In this document: positions 20,295 through 29,893 of the stretch, piece by piece | Layout: every line of letters starts with the position of its first letter | Numbering within the stretch: the first letter of the stretch is position 1 | Source of the DNA: Candidatus Bathyarchaeum tardum | Lineage (GTDB): Archaea; Thermoproteota; Bathyarchaeia; Bathyarchaeales; Bathyarchaeaceae | Direction of reading: 5' to 3' | Assembly (NCBI GenBank): GCA_024650005.2 | Contig: CP122380.1 | Coordinates: 1,152,001-1,216,000 of the forward strand | DNA: 64,000 nucleotides | Position numbers and translations under genes: made by a program | Notes under the pieces: model-generated | What the model saw: the letters and a program-made list of their open reading frames with translations, nothing else | Databases searched by the model: none | Told to the model about the DNA's origin: nothing

Positions 20295-21155
20295 TTAGTT
20301 TTCAGGATTGGCTATGTTGAAGTAGAGTAAGTTTCCGTTTGGTTGAAAATTAGCAAAGAATACTCCTTCGCCATTGTTTGCATCATCAGTTTTGTAACCA
20401 ATTATTAGTAATGTCATACCTTGATAATCTTGATAATTTTCCCACTGTGTCGATATTTGTAAAGCACCTATGGTTAAAGCAGTTTCAGTTTGGTTTTTGT
20501 ATTCTTCTATCGCTTGTGTGTAGAACCAATTTAACCCTAATATATCAATTTCATTTAGAGTTTCTTCAGCTGTTTTTGATGCTGGAAATGATTGAGATAT
20601 TGGTAATCCATCCCATGAAGAAATGGATGTACGATATGTGTGACCATTACTGGCCATAAATCGAATATTTAGGTTAGATGATTTTTGGTAAAACATTACT
20701 TCTATGCTTCCACCTAAGAATGTTGTATCCAAAGAAATGGATTCAAAAACGATTTCTCCGGGATGTTCAAAATTTATGAAGCTGAACGTAGGTGTTTTTC
20801 GAATTTCTTGGACAATTTCTGTTAGTGACAAATTCAAGATGTTAGGGTAAGACACAGTTACATCTGGTTGTGAGGGCATTACATTAACTGGATAACCCGT
20901 ATTCCTAAGAAAATATGCTTCAATTCCCGTAAAGACTATAGTAAAAATCATTACCGCTAAAATTATGGTCTTGAAGTATTTTTTCAATCTAGCTTTAGTT
21001 ATTAACCATATGATTGTACTCGATATGATTGCACATATTATTATGGTTCTTATCCAAGAATTGCCAATTATTATTAAAGCAAAAAAAATGCTGGCAGCTA
21101 CCAATATACCTGCTAAAACACTTTTAATTATCAGCATTTTATCGGTTGTTGCCAT
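20295..21155 (-). CDS. Hypothetical membrane protein (3 N-terminal TM plus extracellular domain)
   Basis: 286-aa ORF, hydrophobicity pattern. Confidence 0.65.
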   Translation of the reverse strand: MATTDKMLIIKSVLAGILVAASIFFALIIIGNSWIRTIIICAIISSTIIWLITKARLKKYFKTIILAVMIFTIVFTGIEAYFLRNTGYPVNVMPSQPDVTVSYPNILNLSLTEIVQEIRKTPTFSFINFEHPGEIVFESISLDTTFLGGSIEVMFYQKSSNLNIRFMASNGHTYRTSISSWDGLPISQSFPASKTAEETLNEIDILGLNWFYTQAIEEYKNQTETALTIGALQISTQWENYQDYQGMTLLIIGYKTDDANNGEGVFFANFQPNGNLLYFNIANPEN

Positions 21156-21237
21156 TTTTTTTCGCCGTTCTGTTTTATTTTTAACGGGATATATAATCCA
21201 ATTCTTTTGTACGAATGTGCAATATTTTTGTACAGTC

Positions 21238-21690
21238 CTAAACTATTTTTTGTCTCCATACTCTAATGCATTCATATGTCATTACTCCAACTGAAAGTAT
21301 GCCTAGAAGGACTGCAGAAATGGTGTTAATTTCAAATTCAAATGAACCATTAATCCATGTGGAAATCAAATATAAACTAAACAATGTTGCAAATAGTGCA
21401 ACATAAAAAACATACCTTGGTAGCAGTAAAGAACCAAATTTTATAATTTGTGTAAGTGCGCCAATTTTTACTTTTTCAGCTACCACATAACCTTTTGTTG
21501 TTTTCTTGATTAAGCATAAATTTTCAAGCTTATCCACATGATATGTTGCAAGTCCTGGGCTTGAAAAATCAAGTTTTTTTTGGATTTCTCTGATTCCCAT
21601 TGGGTACTCATTTTTTAGAATGCAAAGGTAGACAAGCAAAGTGTTTCCTCTTAATTCGCTGAAAGTTTTCAAATCTTTTTCAGTAACCAA
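21238..21690 (-). CDS. Winged-HTH regulator with two C-terminal TM helices
   Basis: LRGNTLLVY...GIREIQKKLDFSSPGLATYHVDKL wHTH, then LPRYVFY and two TM helices. Confidence 0.8.
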   Translation of the reverse strand: MVTEKDLKTFSELRGNTLLVYLCILKNEYPMGIREIQKKLDFSSPGLATYHVDKLENLCLIKKTTKGYVVAEKVKIGALTQIIKFGSLLLPRYVFYVALFATLFSLYLISTWINGSFEFEINTISAVLLGILSVGVMTYECIRVWRQKIV

Positions 21691-21873
21691 CGCAAGAAAC
21701 CTTTTTATTTAAAATTATGTCGAATGATTCTAAAAGAATTTTGATTAGTTTTAATTCTATTTATTTTTCTAAGATTAAATATTTTTTGAATACTCCTAAT
21801 TAACAATATTCGTGGGTTGTATATTTTTTTAACATAAAAAAAGGGAAATTAGATTTGATGATTATTTTACCTC

Positions 21874-22614
21874 CTATTTTGTTAGTGCTGTTCGTCTTTG
21901 GATTTTCTCGTATAATTTTGGAGTTTTTGGTATCTGTGGCGTAACTTCTGGAGAGAGAAGTTTGTTTTGTCCAGTTGCTTGTAACCAATAGTAGCTATCT
22001 TCAGAATGGGGTTGGAAGATAAGACCATAGTATGTGTACCATGCTGCCCATCCGCCAGCCCATACTTCGGGTTCACTATCTTGGGGCACTCTGATGCCTA
22101 CTGAAAACTCTGCATAATCTTGGAAAATAAACCACCAGCCGTCGCCGTCAATTGTCCAATCGAAATACCTAAAGTTTGCATCAGTAGATGTGCTGTATGA
22201 GACTTGGTATGCAGGTAGTTGCATGCTAAATCCAATTCCTTCAAAACTAAAGGAAATTGAGGCTTGCCCTGAATGGAATCCTGCAGTAGGTTGATGACTG
22301 CCGGGGGGTTCTATGGCATCTAAAGGTACCGCGACACGGACAGTTGCAACGTATGGGCATGTCCATTCGTCATTTTGGTATTCAATGTCTGCTAATGTTA
22401 CCTTAATTGCATAATAATCATAGTTTGGGTCTAATTCTCCAGTGTCTTTATAGAGTATCAATCCTATCCCTAATTGGCTACCATAGTGGTAATCAGAGTC
22501 AACGATTTCTTGGCTTGCGTTAACTATTGGCAGGAACAACGAAATCAAAAGTAGCGAAAAAACCATGCAAATCATTGGTTGTCGTTTCTTTATTTTTTGA
22601 AACAACTTTTTCAC
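21874..22614 (-). CDS. Secreted hypothetical protein
   Basis: Signal peptide ending IVNA; aromatic, beta-rich mature domain. Confidence 0.65.
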   Translation of the reverse strand: MKKLFQKIKKRQPMICMVFSLLLISLFLPIVNASQEIVDSDYHYGSQLGIGLILYKDTGELDPNYDYYAIKVTLADIEYQNDEWTCPYVATVRVAVPLDAIEPPGSHQPTAGFHSGQASISFSFEGIGFSMQLPAYQVSYSTSTDANFRYFDWTIDGDGWWFIFQDYAEFSVGIRVPQDSEPEVWAGGWAAWYTYYGLIFQPHSEDSYYWLQATGQNKLLSPEVTPQIPKTPKLYEKIQRRTALTK

Positions 22615-22828
22615 CTATGTGAATATTCTAAAAACGTGATATAATACAATGCTTTTGAACAAGATTACAAATTAATTGTACACTTGTAAATTCACTGTTA
22701 GTAGTGAATACCATGATTGTTTCTTCAGTCAATTGATTGCGAATTTCATTTTTATTGTAACTAAGGTTTAGTTGTAGTCAGTTTCCAGTCTGTTTTTCTG
22801 TTGAATTACAGTTTTGTTGAGCTACTGT

Positions 22829-22990
22829 TTACTCTTCTGTTATGATTTTTCCTTTTTTGATTGTTATGTTGTTGTTTTGTTTTATCCAGACTATTTTGTC
22901 GCCTTTTTTTAGTTTGAGGCGTTTCATGATTTCTTTGGGGATTGTTACTTGTCGGTTGAGGTGATTTTGCTTACGTTGATGATTTACTTG
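22829..22990 (-). pseudogene. AbrB/MazE/SpoVT-family DNA-binding protein, two frameshifts
   Basis: IINVSKITS / QVTIPKEIMKRLKLKKGDKIVWI / QNNNITIKKGKIITEE* recoverable only across frame changes. Confidence 0.7.
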
Positions 22991-23233
22991 GTTACTGCAT
23001 GCTTTTTTCGACCTTTTTTAAAAAATGGTCAAATTCTTCAATTGAAACCTGTCTGTATTTGGTAATTAATGGAAGAAATTTTGTTACTATGTAGCTCGAA
23101 ATTTCATATTCGCCATAAGAAAATTGAAGGTCAAGTTCTTTTTTAACTCTTACAAAAAAAGTTTTTAAAGAGTGAAAAATAATAATAAATCCTTAAACTG
23201 TATCACTCAATTTGGTCAAAAGGGGGATTCTGT

Positions 23234-25174
23234 TTGAAAATTAAATCTATTCGTGTAAAGAATTTTCGTTGCTTGAAAGACGTTCAAATGTCATGTGATG
23301 ATTTGACCGTTCTAGTTGGTGGAAACGGGGTTGGAAAATCGTGTATGCTCAAGGCTTTGAATTTTTTCTATAATACAAACATAAAAGTCGAAGAACCCGA
23401 TTTTTATGATGGTAGTATTTCTGAACCAATATCTGTTGTCGTAGAATATTGGGATTTAACTGCATATGAAACTAAACTTTTCAAACCCTATTTGGAAGGA
23501 GATGTGCTATCTGTAGAAAAAGTGATTCAATTTAATTATTCAAGACCAATCCAGAGGTATTTTGGTACACGTTTTAAAAATTCAGATTTTGAAGATTTCA
23601 GGATGGCCACTGGAACCGATATGAGAAAAGAATATAACAAGTTATTAACGAAAAAAGCATATCAAAACTTCCCAAAATATCAGAACAAAAACTTAGCTGA
23701 AGATACACTTCAAGAATGGGAAATGTCCAATAAAAAGAAGTGTAAGCGAGAACGGGATAATGGGCAATTCTTTGGGTTCCAAAATGTAGGAATGCATAGG
23801 CTAGAAAAATTCACCAAGTTCATTATGATACCCGCTGTGCAAGAAGCTGGTGAGGAAGGTGTTGAAAACACGGGGTCAATTTTTGAACAAATCATGGACG
23901 TAGTAGTTAAAAGTACATTAGCACAAAATCAAAAGCTTGTAAAATTGGAAGAAGTCACTCAAAGAAGATATGCAAGAATAATTGACAGTTCAAAAAACAA
24001 AGAATTGAAAGGTTTAGAAAAAGACCTCACCTCAAACTTGTCAATTTTTGTTCCAGATTCCGAAGTGAATATAAAATGGATTGAAGGGAGGGGTGTGACT
24101 CTCCATGTGCCACGAGCATATGTAACATTAAGAGAAGGGGGATATCACAATACCGTTGATAGATGTGGGCATGGATTACAGCGCGCATATATTCTTTCGT
24201 TATTCCAACAATTGGCTGTAATTCAAGCTTCTATGTCTTTAGAAAGTAGCGAACAAGAGGAAAAAGTGGAATTTGGTTTGCCAAGTCTGATCATTGGAAT
24301 TGAAGAGCCCGAATTATATCAGCACCCTGACAGAATACGATTCTTTGCGAATACACTATTACAGTTGTCAGAAAAAGGGATAGATGGCACAGTTGATAGT
24401 ATTCAGATACTACATTCGACACACTCTCCCCTCCTAGTGGATTTCAGAAGAGTGGAACAAATCCGCATATTCAGGAAAATAATAGCGAACGGGAGTAGAC
24501 CGAAAGTTACTGCTGTAACTACTACTGATCTTTCTGTAATTGCACGATTTATTGAAGAAGCAAAAGGAGACAAAAAAAACACGATTAAACCTGAAGCATT
24601 AAGACAGAGACTGGTTCAATTGATGAACCCATGGATGAATGAAGGTTTTTTTGCAAATCTAATTGTCCTTGTTGAAGGAATTAAAGACAGGGCATTGATT
24701 TTAGGAGAGGCACTCTATAGAAATGTGGATTTGGAAAGTAAAGGGGTAAGTGTTATTCCATGTGTAGGAAAACATAATTTACCTAGTGCAATTGCAATTT
24801 TCAACTGCTTAGGAATTCCAACATACACTATATGGGATTCCGATAAAGACAAGAAGAAAGATAAAAATGCCAAAAAAGCCAATAAAGAAATACTACGTTG
24901 CCTCGGCTGTGAAGCTGAAGATTATCCTTGTAGAATAACTAACAATTTTTCATGCGTTGGAACAAATCTTGAAGACACATTTCGATATGAAATTGGTAAA
25001 AGTAAATTCAGTACAGATATTGCACATTATTGTTCTCAAAATAATCTTGGTAAACCTCGATATGTAATGGAAAATCCATATGCCGTTGCTGATGTCATCA
25101 AGTATTTTCGAGAAAAAGGTTATGTTAGCAAAACACTTGTTGATATTGTAGACAAAATACTCGAAAAGACTTAA
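23234..25174 (+). CDS. OLD-family ATP-dependent endonuclease (ABC ATPase plus TOPRIM)
   Basis: Walker A GGNGVGKS, signature GHGLQR, Walker B IEEPELYQHP, STHSP, TOPRIM LVEGIKD and WDSD. Confidence 0.9.
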   Translation: MKIKSIRVKNFRCLKDVQMSCDDLTVLVGGNGVGKSCMLKALNFFYNTNIKVEEPDFYDGSISEPISVVVEYWDLTAYETKLFKPYLEGDVLSVEKVIQFNYSRPIQRYFGTRFKNSDFEDFRMATGTDMRKEYNKLLTKKAYQNFPKYQNKNLAEDTLQEWEMSNKKKCKRERDNGQFFGFQNVGMHRLEKFTKFIMIPAVQEAGEEGVENTGSIFEQIMDVVVKSTLAQNQKLVKLEEVTQRRYARIIDSSKNKELKGLEKDLTSNLSIFVPDSEVNIKWIEGRGVTLHVPRAYVTLREGGYHNTVDRCGHGLQRAYILSLFQQLAVIQASMSLESSEQEEKVEFGLPSLIIGIEEPELYQHPDRIRFFANTLLQLSEKGIDGTVDSIQILHSTHSPLLVDFRRVEQIRIFRKIIANGSRPKVTAVTTTDLSVIARFIEEAKGDKKNTIKPEALRQRLVQLMNPWMNEGFFANLIVLVEGIKDRALILGEALYRNVDLESKGVSVIPCVGKHNLPSAIAIFNCLGIPTYTIWDSDKDKKKDKNAKKANKEILRCLGCEAEDYPCRITNNFSCVGTNLEDTFRYEIGKSKFSTDIAHYCSQNNLGKPRYVMENPYAVADVIKYFREKGYVSKTLVDIVDKILEKT

Positions 25175-25201
25175 GCCTTTATACCTAATTAGGATGAAAT
25201 A

Positions 25202-25849
25202 TCAGTCCATGGCTCTTCGAATATAATCAACTCTTTCTTCAAATGTTGGATGTGTTTTAGGATCAAATCTAGATGGTTTCTTGGGGTAAATTTTGTATAG
25301 CTTAGTCAAAGCTGATATTAGTGCTTCTCCATTTGCGAATTTTACTGCACTTAAATCGCTTTCTTTCTCAGTTTGACGTAACCGTTCGCCATTAAGATAA
25401 AGGGAAGCAAACATAAAAACAACACAAGAAAGCGACAAGATACATCCACATAATATTATCAATCCTGATAGATTTGATGTGAAAGAATAGATGAATGAAT
25501 CAAAAATAACTGTAAGAAAAGCTAGTAAACTACCAATCAGTAATCCCGGCAAAATTTGATGTTTGACATTCTCTAAGTTATGATTTTGGAGTATGTGATT
25601 GAACTCATGTGCACCAATCGCAAGTCGTTCCTCTGATGAAAGGCTGTCATAATATCTTGCATCGAAGATTATTACATCGAAAAAAGCTTCACAACCCCGA
25701 ATCGATTTAGGTCGATTATAATATCGGTTCATTTTCTCTTTTTTCAGAATCTTAGTTACGTTCATAGTCTTAGCGAGTTGGTCAAAGGAATCTGACTGAA
25801 AAGGTTTGGCTCTAAGCATTCGTGTATAAATAAAGCTCATGAATCCCAT
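25202..25849 (-). CDS. M48 (HtpX-like) zinc metallopeptidase
   Basis: AHEFNH (HExxH), two TM helices, EKESD, THPTFEERV. Confidence 0.85.
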   Translation of the reverse strand: MGFMSFIYTRMLRAKPFQSDSFDQLAKTMNVTKILKKEKMNRYYNRPKSIRGCEAFFDVIIFDARYYDSLSSEERLAIGAHEFNHILQNHNLENVKHQILPGLLIGSLLAFLTVIFDSFIYSFTSNLSGLIILCGCILSLSCVVFMFASLYLNGERLRQTEKESDLSAVKFANGEALISALTKLYKIYPKKPSRFDPKTHPTFEERVDYIRRAMD

Positions 25850-26049
25850 CGTTCTTGACCTCCTTCAGTGTAATCTGTATAATTGCTGATTTCATATCAA
25901 ATTGTATCTTGGATTATTCTTAAAAATCATTGCGAGGGGATAACATACTAAAATATTTTAAAGAAAACAAGATATACAAAATGCATATTGAAAACTTCGT
26001 TATTGTAAAGATGCTTTCAAAATGCTAGAAGTATTAACTGTGAACTGAA

Positions 26050-26415
26050 ATGACAGAAACACAAGGAAATAGAGATGTTTTACTTGAGATTTTGAAGTGG
26101 ACCAAGTTTCAAGGAATGTTACAAGTAAAACAAATTCTAGAAACTAATTTGGACACAGATACAAAAAAATTGGTTTATGAACTGAGTGATGGCAGGTCTA
26201 GCCCTGATATCGCTAAAAAGGTAAACGTTACCGCTCAAACTGTTCGAGATTATTGGAAAGCATGGGCTCTTATTCTAATTGTTGAGCTTCATCCTGAATA
26301 TAAAAAGAGGTATTGCAAAATTTTTTCTCTTAAAGATGTTGGCATTGTTGTTCCAGCAAATGCTGTTTCATCCAATAAAGGGGTTTCAAATGAGGAGAAT
26401 GATGGGAAAAAATGA
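26050..26415 (+). CDS. Small winged-HTH protein 1
   Basis: VYELSDGRSSPDIAKKVNVTAQTVRDYWKAW HTH pattern. Confidence 0.75.
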   Translation: MTETQGNRDVLLEILKWTKFQGMLQVKQILETNLDTDTKKLVYELSDGRSSPDIAKKVNVTAQTVRDYWKAWALILIVELHPEYKKRYCKIFSLKDVGIVVPANAVSSNKGVSNEENDGKK

Positions 26416-26440
26416 AAACCGAAAATGGGGGTAACTAAAT

Positions 26441-26710
26441 TTGAACGAAGAAACATATAGAAATGAAGTAATTCAAAAACTAGATGAAATTGGAAAAAAA
26501 ATCGAGGCTCTTATGCAAGTAGTAGCAATTACGTCAAGAAAAGAGACTGATGAAAAACCAAAAACAAAAACAGATCAAATAGTACAATTGGATAGTCTTG
26601 GTGTCTCTAGAGAGCTAATAGCTTTGATTATTGGAACTACTCCTGAATCAGTTAGTTCATTACGAAGTCAGTTGAAATCCAAGAACAAAAAGAATCGGAG
26701 TAAAAAGTGA
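26441..26710 (+). CDS. Small coiled-coil plus HTH protein 2
   Basis: KLDEIGKKIEAL helix; DQIVQLDSLGVSRELIALIIGTTPESVSSL; basic tail. Confidence 0.75.
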   Translation: MNEETYRNEVIQKLDEIGKKIEALMQVVAITSRKETDEKPKTKTDQIVQLDSLGVSRELIALIIGTTPESVSSLRSQLKSKNKKNRSKK

Positions 26711-26946
26711 TGGAGGACAAACAGTTTAAAATTTTATCAGCAAAACTCGATACCTTGATCAGGATAACCGCAATAAACGCCTTGGCTGATAAAAATTTAA
26801 CCGAACAAGTAAAAATTTTGTCTGATATTGGTCTTCAGCCCAGAAGCATTGCCAACATTTTAGGAACGGATAACGCTACAGTTAGTACTTTGAAGAACAG
26901 ATTAAAAAAGAAGTATAAAACCAACAGCAAAAAGGATGCTGATTAA
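26707..26946 (+). CDS. Small coiled-coil plus HTH protein 3 (apparent paralog of protein 2)
   Basis: KLDTLIRI helix; EQVKILSDIGLQPRSIANILGTDNATVSTL; basic tail. Confidence 0.75.
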   Translation: MMEDKQFKILSAKLDTLIRITAINALADKNLTEQVKILSDIGLQPRSIANILGTDNATVSTLKNRLKKKYKTNSKKDAD

Positions 26947-27279
26947 ATGAGTGAACAAAAATCTGATGAACTAATAAAACTCATCAAGCAGAATGAAATT
27001 ATAATATCTTTACTTGGGAGAATGGCGTTCACTTCTAAGCAGATTTATGATATTGTAACTGCAAACAAACGAAATAATTTCAAATCCAATTACGTGAATG
27101 GGTACAATGCCTTGGATGGAAGCAAAACCGTTTCTGAAATTGCGAGTGTAATCGGCATACAACAAAGTACATTATCTCCAATTCTTTTGAAGTGGGAAGA
27201 ACTGGGAATAATCTATGAAGTAGAGAAATCGGGAGGAAAATTCTACAGAAAGATTTTTCCAATTGAGGAAGATCTATGA
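26947..27279 (+). CDS. Small winged-HTH protein 4
   Basis: YNALDGSKTVSEIASVIGIQQSTLSPILLKWEELGII. Confidence 0.78.
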   Translation: MSEQKSDELIKLIKQNEIIISLLGRMAFTSKQIYDIVTANKRNNFKSNYVNGYNALDGSKTVSEIASVIGIQQSTLSPILLKWEELGIIYEVEKSGGKFYRKIFPIEEDL

Positions 27280-27671
27280 CTAACAATGATGTTGCTGAAG
27301 ATATACGTAAAATTAGGTGGCACCAAGAAGCGATAGACAAAAACATGGAATTACTCACTCGTGCACATAGAAAAGAAATTTTGGAAGAGATAATGGAGTT
27401 CTTTGGGAATGTACCAAAAAAGAAAAAAGCTGTAAATCGAGCTCGAATTTTTCTTGCAATTAACGGGAAAAGAACGGTTTCCGATTTATCATCTTTTTTA
27501 GAATTACCGATTTCCTACATTTCTCAAGAAATTACAAAATTGAAAGAAATGAGTTTGATTGAAGTCAAAAGAGCGACAAAGAAAGGAATAATCTACAAAA
27601 AAACAAGGGCTAATTCCATCTTACGAATATCTCCAAAAATAAAAAAAGATTTTGCAATCACCGACATATAA
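27276..27671 (+). CDS. Small winged-HTH (ArsR/MarR-like) protein 5
   Basis: IFLAINGKRTVSDLSSFLELPISYISQEITKLKEMSLIE. Confidence 0.78.
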   Translation: MTNNDVAEDIRKIRWHQEAIDKNMELLTRAHRKEILEEIMEFFGNVPKKKKAVNRARIFLAINGKRTVSDLSSFLELPISYISQEITKLKEMSLIEVKRATKKGIIYKKTRANSILRISPKIKKDFAITDI

Positions 27672-27684
27672 CGGGACTGAATAG

Positions 27685-28473
27685 ATGAACGATTTGGAAA
27701 AAGTCAAAGCAAGAATTCTTTCAGTGGTTATGGATTTCATTCATACTGAAGAATTTCAAGATTATGACAATTATTCTCAGAAGCTATCCGTGTCATATGT
27801 TAATCTTCTTAGAAAATCGGGAAAAGATTTAGACTTTCACCTTTTTTATCATGAAACCAAGAAGATCAAAACTAATTTTTTCAAATTAAATCATGTAAAG
27901 AAAAAAGAATTTCTAGCAGAGCTATTTACTGATGTCGCAAATCAAGACCTAAATGCATTAGGGCTTTTCGAGAATTTTGACATAGCACGAGATTTTCTAT
28001 CCAAACATATTGAAATAGGTTTTAAAATTGATAAATTCAAAGATGAACGGAAAGCCATAATAGATAAAATCATGACAATCCGTGAACCTCACGAAAAAGT
28101 TATGATTGGTTTCAATGAGCTACTTCAGAAAATCACTAAATCATATCAAATCGATCTCCATGGAGTAAAAGAGTATTCTGGTATTGACATATGTAAAAAA
28201 CATAACGGTGTGACATTGGGTTTTCAGATAAAAACTAAAGGTGATGATATAACTGAAAACTTAATTCTTTCAGAAACTGCAAAAGCTCAAGAAAACGGGT
28301 TAAATGGTTTCACAATAATTTATGCTCGAAAAAGAACCAGAAAAGTTGATGTTTCAATCCAAGCAGCATTTCATCACTTCAAGAAGTTGATAGACTCAAA
28401 TGTCATGTATTGTTCAATAATCCCGCCTGAACTCTTAGCAGAGTTATTCCGATCATATTCAATTGCAATTTGA
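27685..28473 (+). CDS. Putative PD-(D/E)xK (Mrr-like) endonuclease with a helical N-terminal domain
   Basis: C-terminal HGVKEYSGID...LGFQIKT, a D...QxK variant active site. Confidence 0.6.
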   Translation: MNDLEKVKARILSVVMDFIHTEEFQDYDNYSQKLSVSYVNLLRKSGKDLDFHLFYHETKKIKTNFFKLNHVKKKEFLAELFTDVANQDLNALGLFENFDIARDFLSKHIEIGFKIDKFKDERKAIIDKIMTIREPHEKVMIGFNELLQKITKSYQIDLHGVKEYSGIDICKKHNGVTLGFQIKTKGDDITENLILSETAKAQENGLNGFTIIYARKRTRKVDVSIQAAFHHFKKLIDSNVMYCSIIPPELLAELFRSYSIAI

Positions 28474-28484
28474 AGCTATTCTGA

Positions 28485-29399
28485 CTAAAATAATTTATAA
28501 TTGTCAGAATAAACTTCAAACCTCTCATCTAATGCTGGTGAATTAATATCTAAGTTATCTTGTAATTCGTTTGAAAAAGTCTCATACTGAAGTTCCATTG
28601 CTTCCAGTCCAAATGTTCTAAGTAGAAAAAACTCTGTTTGAACACAATATGCAAATGTTATTTGTTTTAGATAGCGATCAAGGTTTTCTTTTACGCTATT
28701 CCCATAAAGTCTGAAGAATAAATATGCATCTTGATAGTTTATCCATTCACGTAATGTTCTTAAATAATTTGAAATTCCAATTCGCCTTTTACAGTAATTA
28801 TCACCCCTTGCGGCTCTCATTCTTTCTTTGGCGTATTCGAGGCACGATTTAATATTGGGAAGGTGATATTCGTCAGCGTATTCCCAATCAACTCTTTTTG
28901 AAAAAGTCCTAGAAAAAGATCCATTTTGAGATAAATAGAAGGAAAAGGGAGGAAGAACAAAATTTCTAAATCTTCTGGAACAAATTACATTCGATAAATA
29001 GTATTTCAAAATTCCATCATGGCCTTTGACATCAACATCAAATAATCGAACAATAGAAGTAATTGAACTAAAAACTGCATAGTAACATTGAATAACATTC
29101 CAAGCAGCAAAACGCATTCGTTCATCAATATTATCTAAAGGATTGTGTAATGCACATTCATGATACCAACAGTTTCTAAGATTTCTAAAATGTATCGTTT
29201 CAGTTTCAACATCCTTTCGTTTTTGAAGCTTACCCGCAGGAATAAGGTCATGAAGCATGTTGTTGCAGGTTCCACTCCAATCATTGCGCTTTTCCAAATA
29301 GAGGTAAACCATGACATCAGCTATGCTTCCTAAAAATTTTTCATGCGTGTTAAGGTATCTTTCTCTAAAAACTTCTGGTAAGGCCTCAAAAAATTTCAA
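28485..29399 (-). CDS. HEPN-like hypothetical protein
   Basis: WNVIQCYYAVF and LRTLREWINY resemble the HEPN YYA and R-x4-Y motifs. Confidence 0.5.
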   Translation of the reverse strand: MKFFEALPEVFRERYLNTHEKFLGSIADVMVYLYLEKRNDWSGTCNNMLHDLIPAGKLQKRKDVETETIHFRNLRNCWYHECALHNPLDNIDERMRFAAWNVIQCYYAVFSSITSIVRLFDVDVKGHDGILKYYLSNVICSRRFRNFVLPPFSFYLSQNGSFSRTFSKRVDWEYADEYHLPNIKSCLEYAKERMRAARGDNYCKRRIGISNYLRTLREWINYQDAYLFFRLYGNSVKENLDRYLKQITFAYCVQTEFFLLRTFGLEAMELQYETFSNELQDNLDINSPALDERFEVYSDNYKLF

Positions 29400-29791
29400 T
29401 TAAGTTTCCCTCAATTTTTTATCTTTACTGGCATATATATTTCAATACTTTAGCAAAAATCTTTCGATTCTTCTAAATATTTGTTTTTCAAAATGTTTTG
29501 AATTATTATTTAATAACTTGAAAGACTATTGATGCTATTTTTCTAGCTTTAGCATCTAAACTCGACTGAGCGTTGCCTATGGTTTCACATCCTTACCTTG
29601 TCGTTCAGTAAGGAATCAACAATCACTACTGAGCTACACCCAAAAAACTTGGAATAGCTGTACTTCAGATTTTTTTCTCTTTAGGTATTGACTTTCTAGC
29701 AGAAAAAGTACATAACTTAGTCTGTCTAGGTCAACAAAATAAAACAGAATCTTGTTTTTCACTAGTCAGCCATTACATCATAGCACGGTTC

Positions 29792-29875
29792 TTAGATCAA
29801 AGCACAACATGAAGGGCAAACTGCATCGTCTTCTAAGATTTTTTCATTGCATATTGGGCATCTATGGCAACCCAT
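29792..29875 (-). CDS. 27-aa zinc-ribbon microprotein MGCHRCPICNEKILEDDAVCPSCCALI (not in ORF track)
   Basis: CPxC-x10-CPxC; operator-like palindrome 18 nt upstream of the ATG. Confidence 0.6.
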   Translation of the reverse strand: MGCHRCPICNEKILEDDAVCPSCCALI

Positions 29876-29893
29876 GTGTCTTCAGCCACTCTT

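Noticed and set aside
29583-29612. CTGAACGA...GAAAC (minus strand) as a hammerhead ribozyme
   Set aside because: The core does not fit CUGANGA and stems I-III could not be built
29625-29645. GGGTGTAGCTCAGT (minus strand) as a tRNA 5' end or att site
   Set aside because: No T-arm (GTTCRA) or acceptor-stem complement follows
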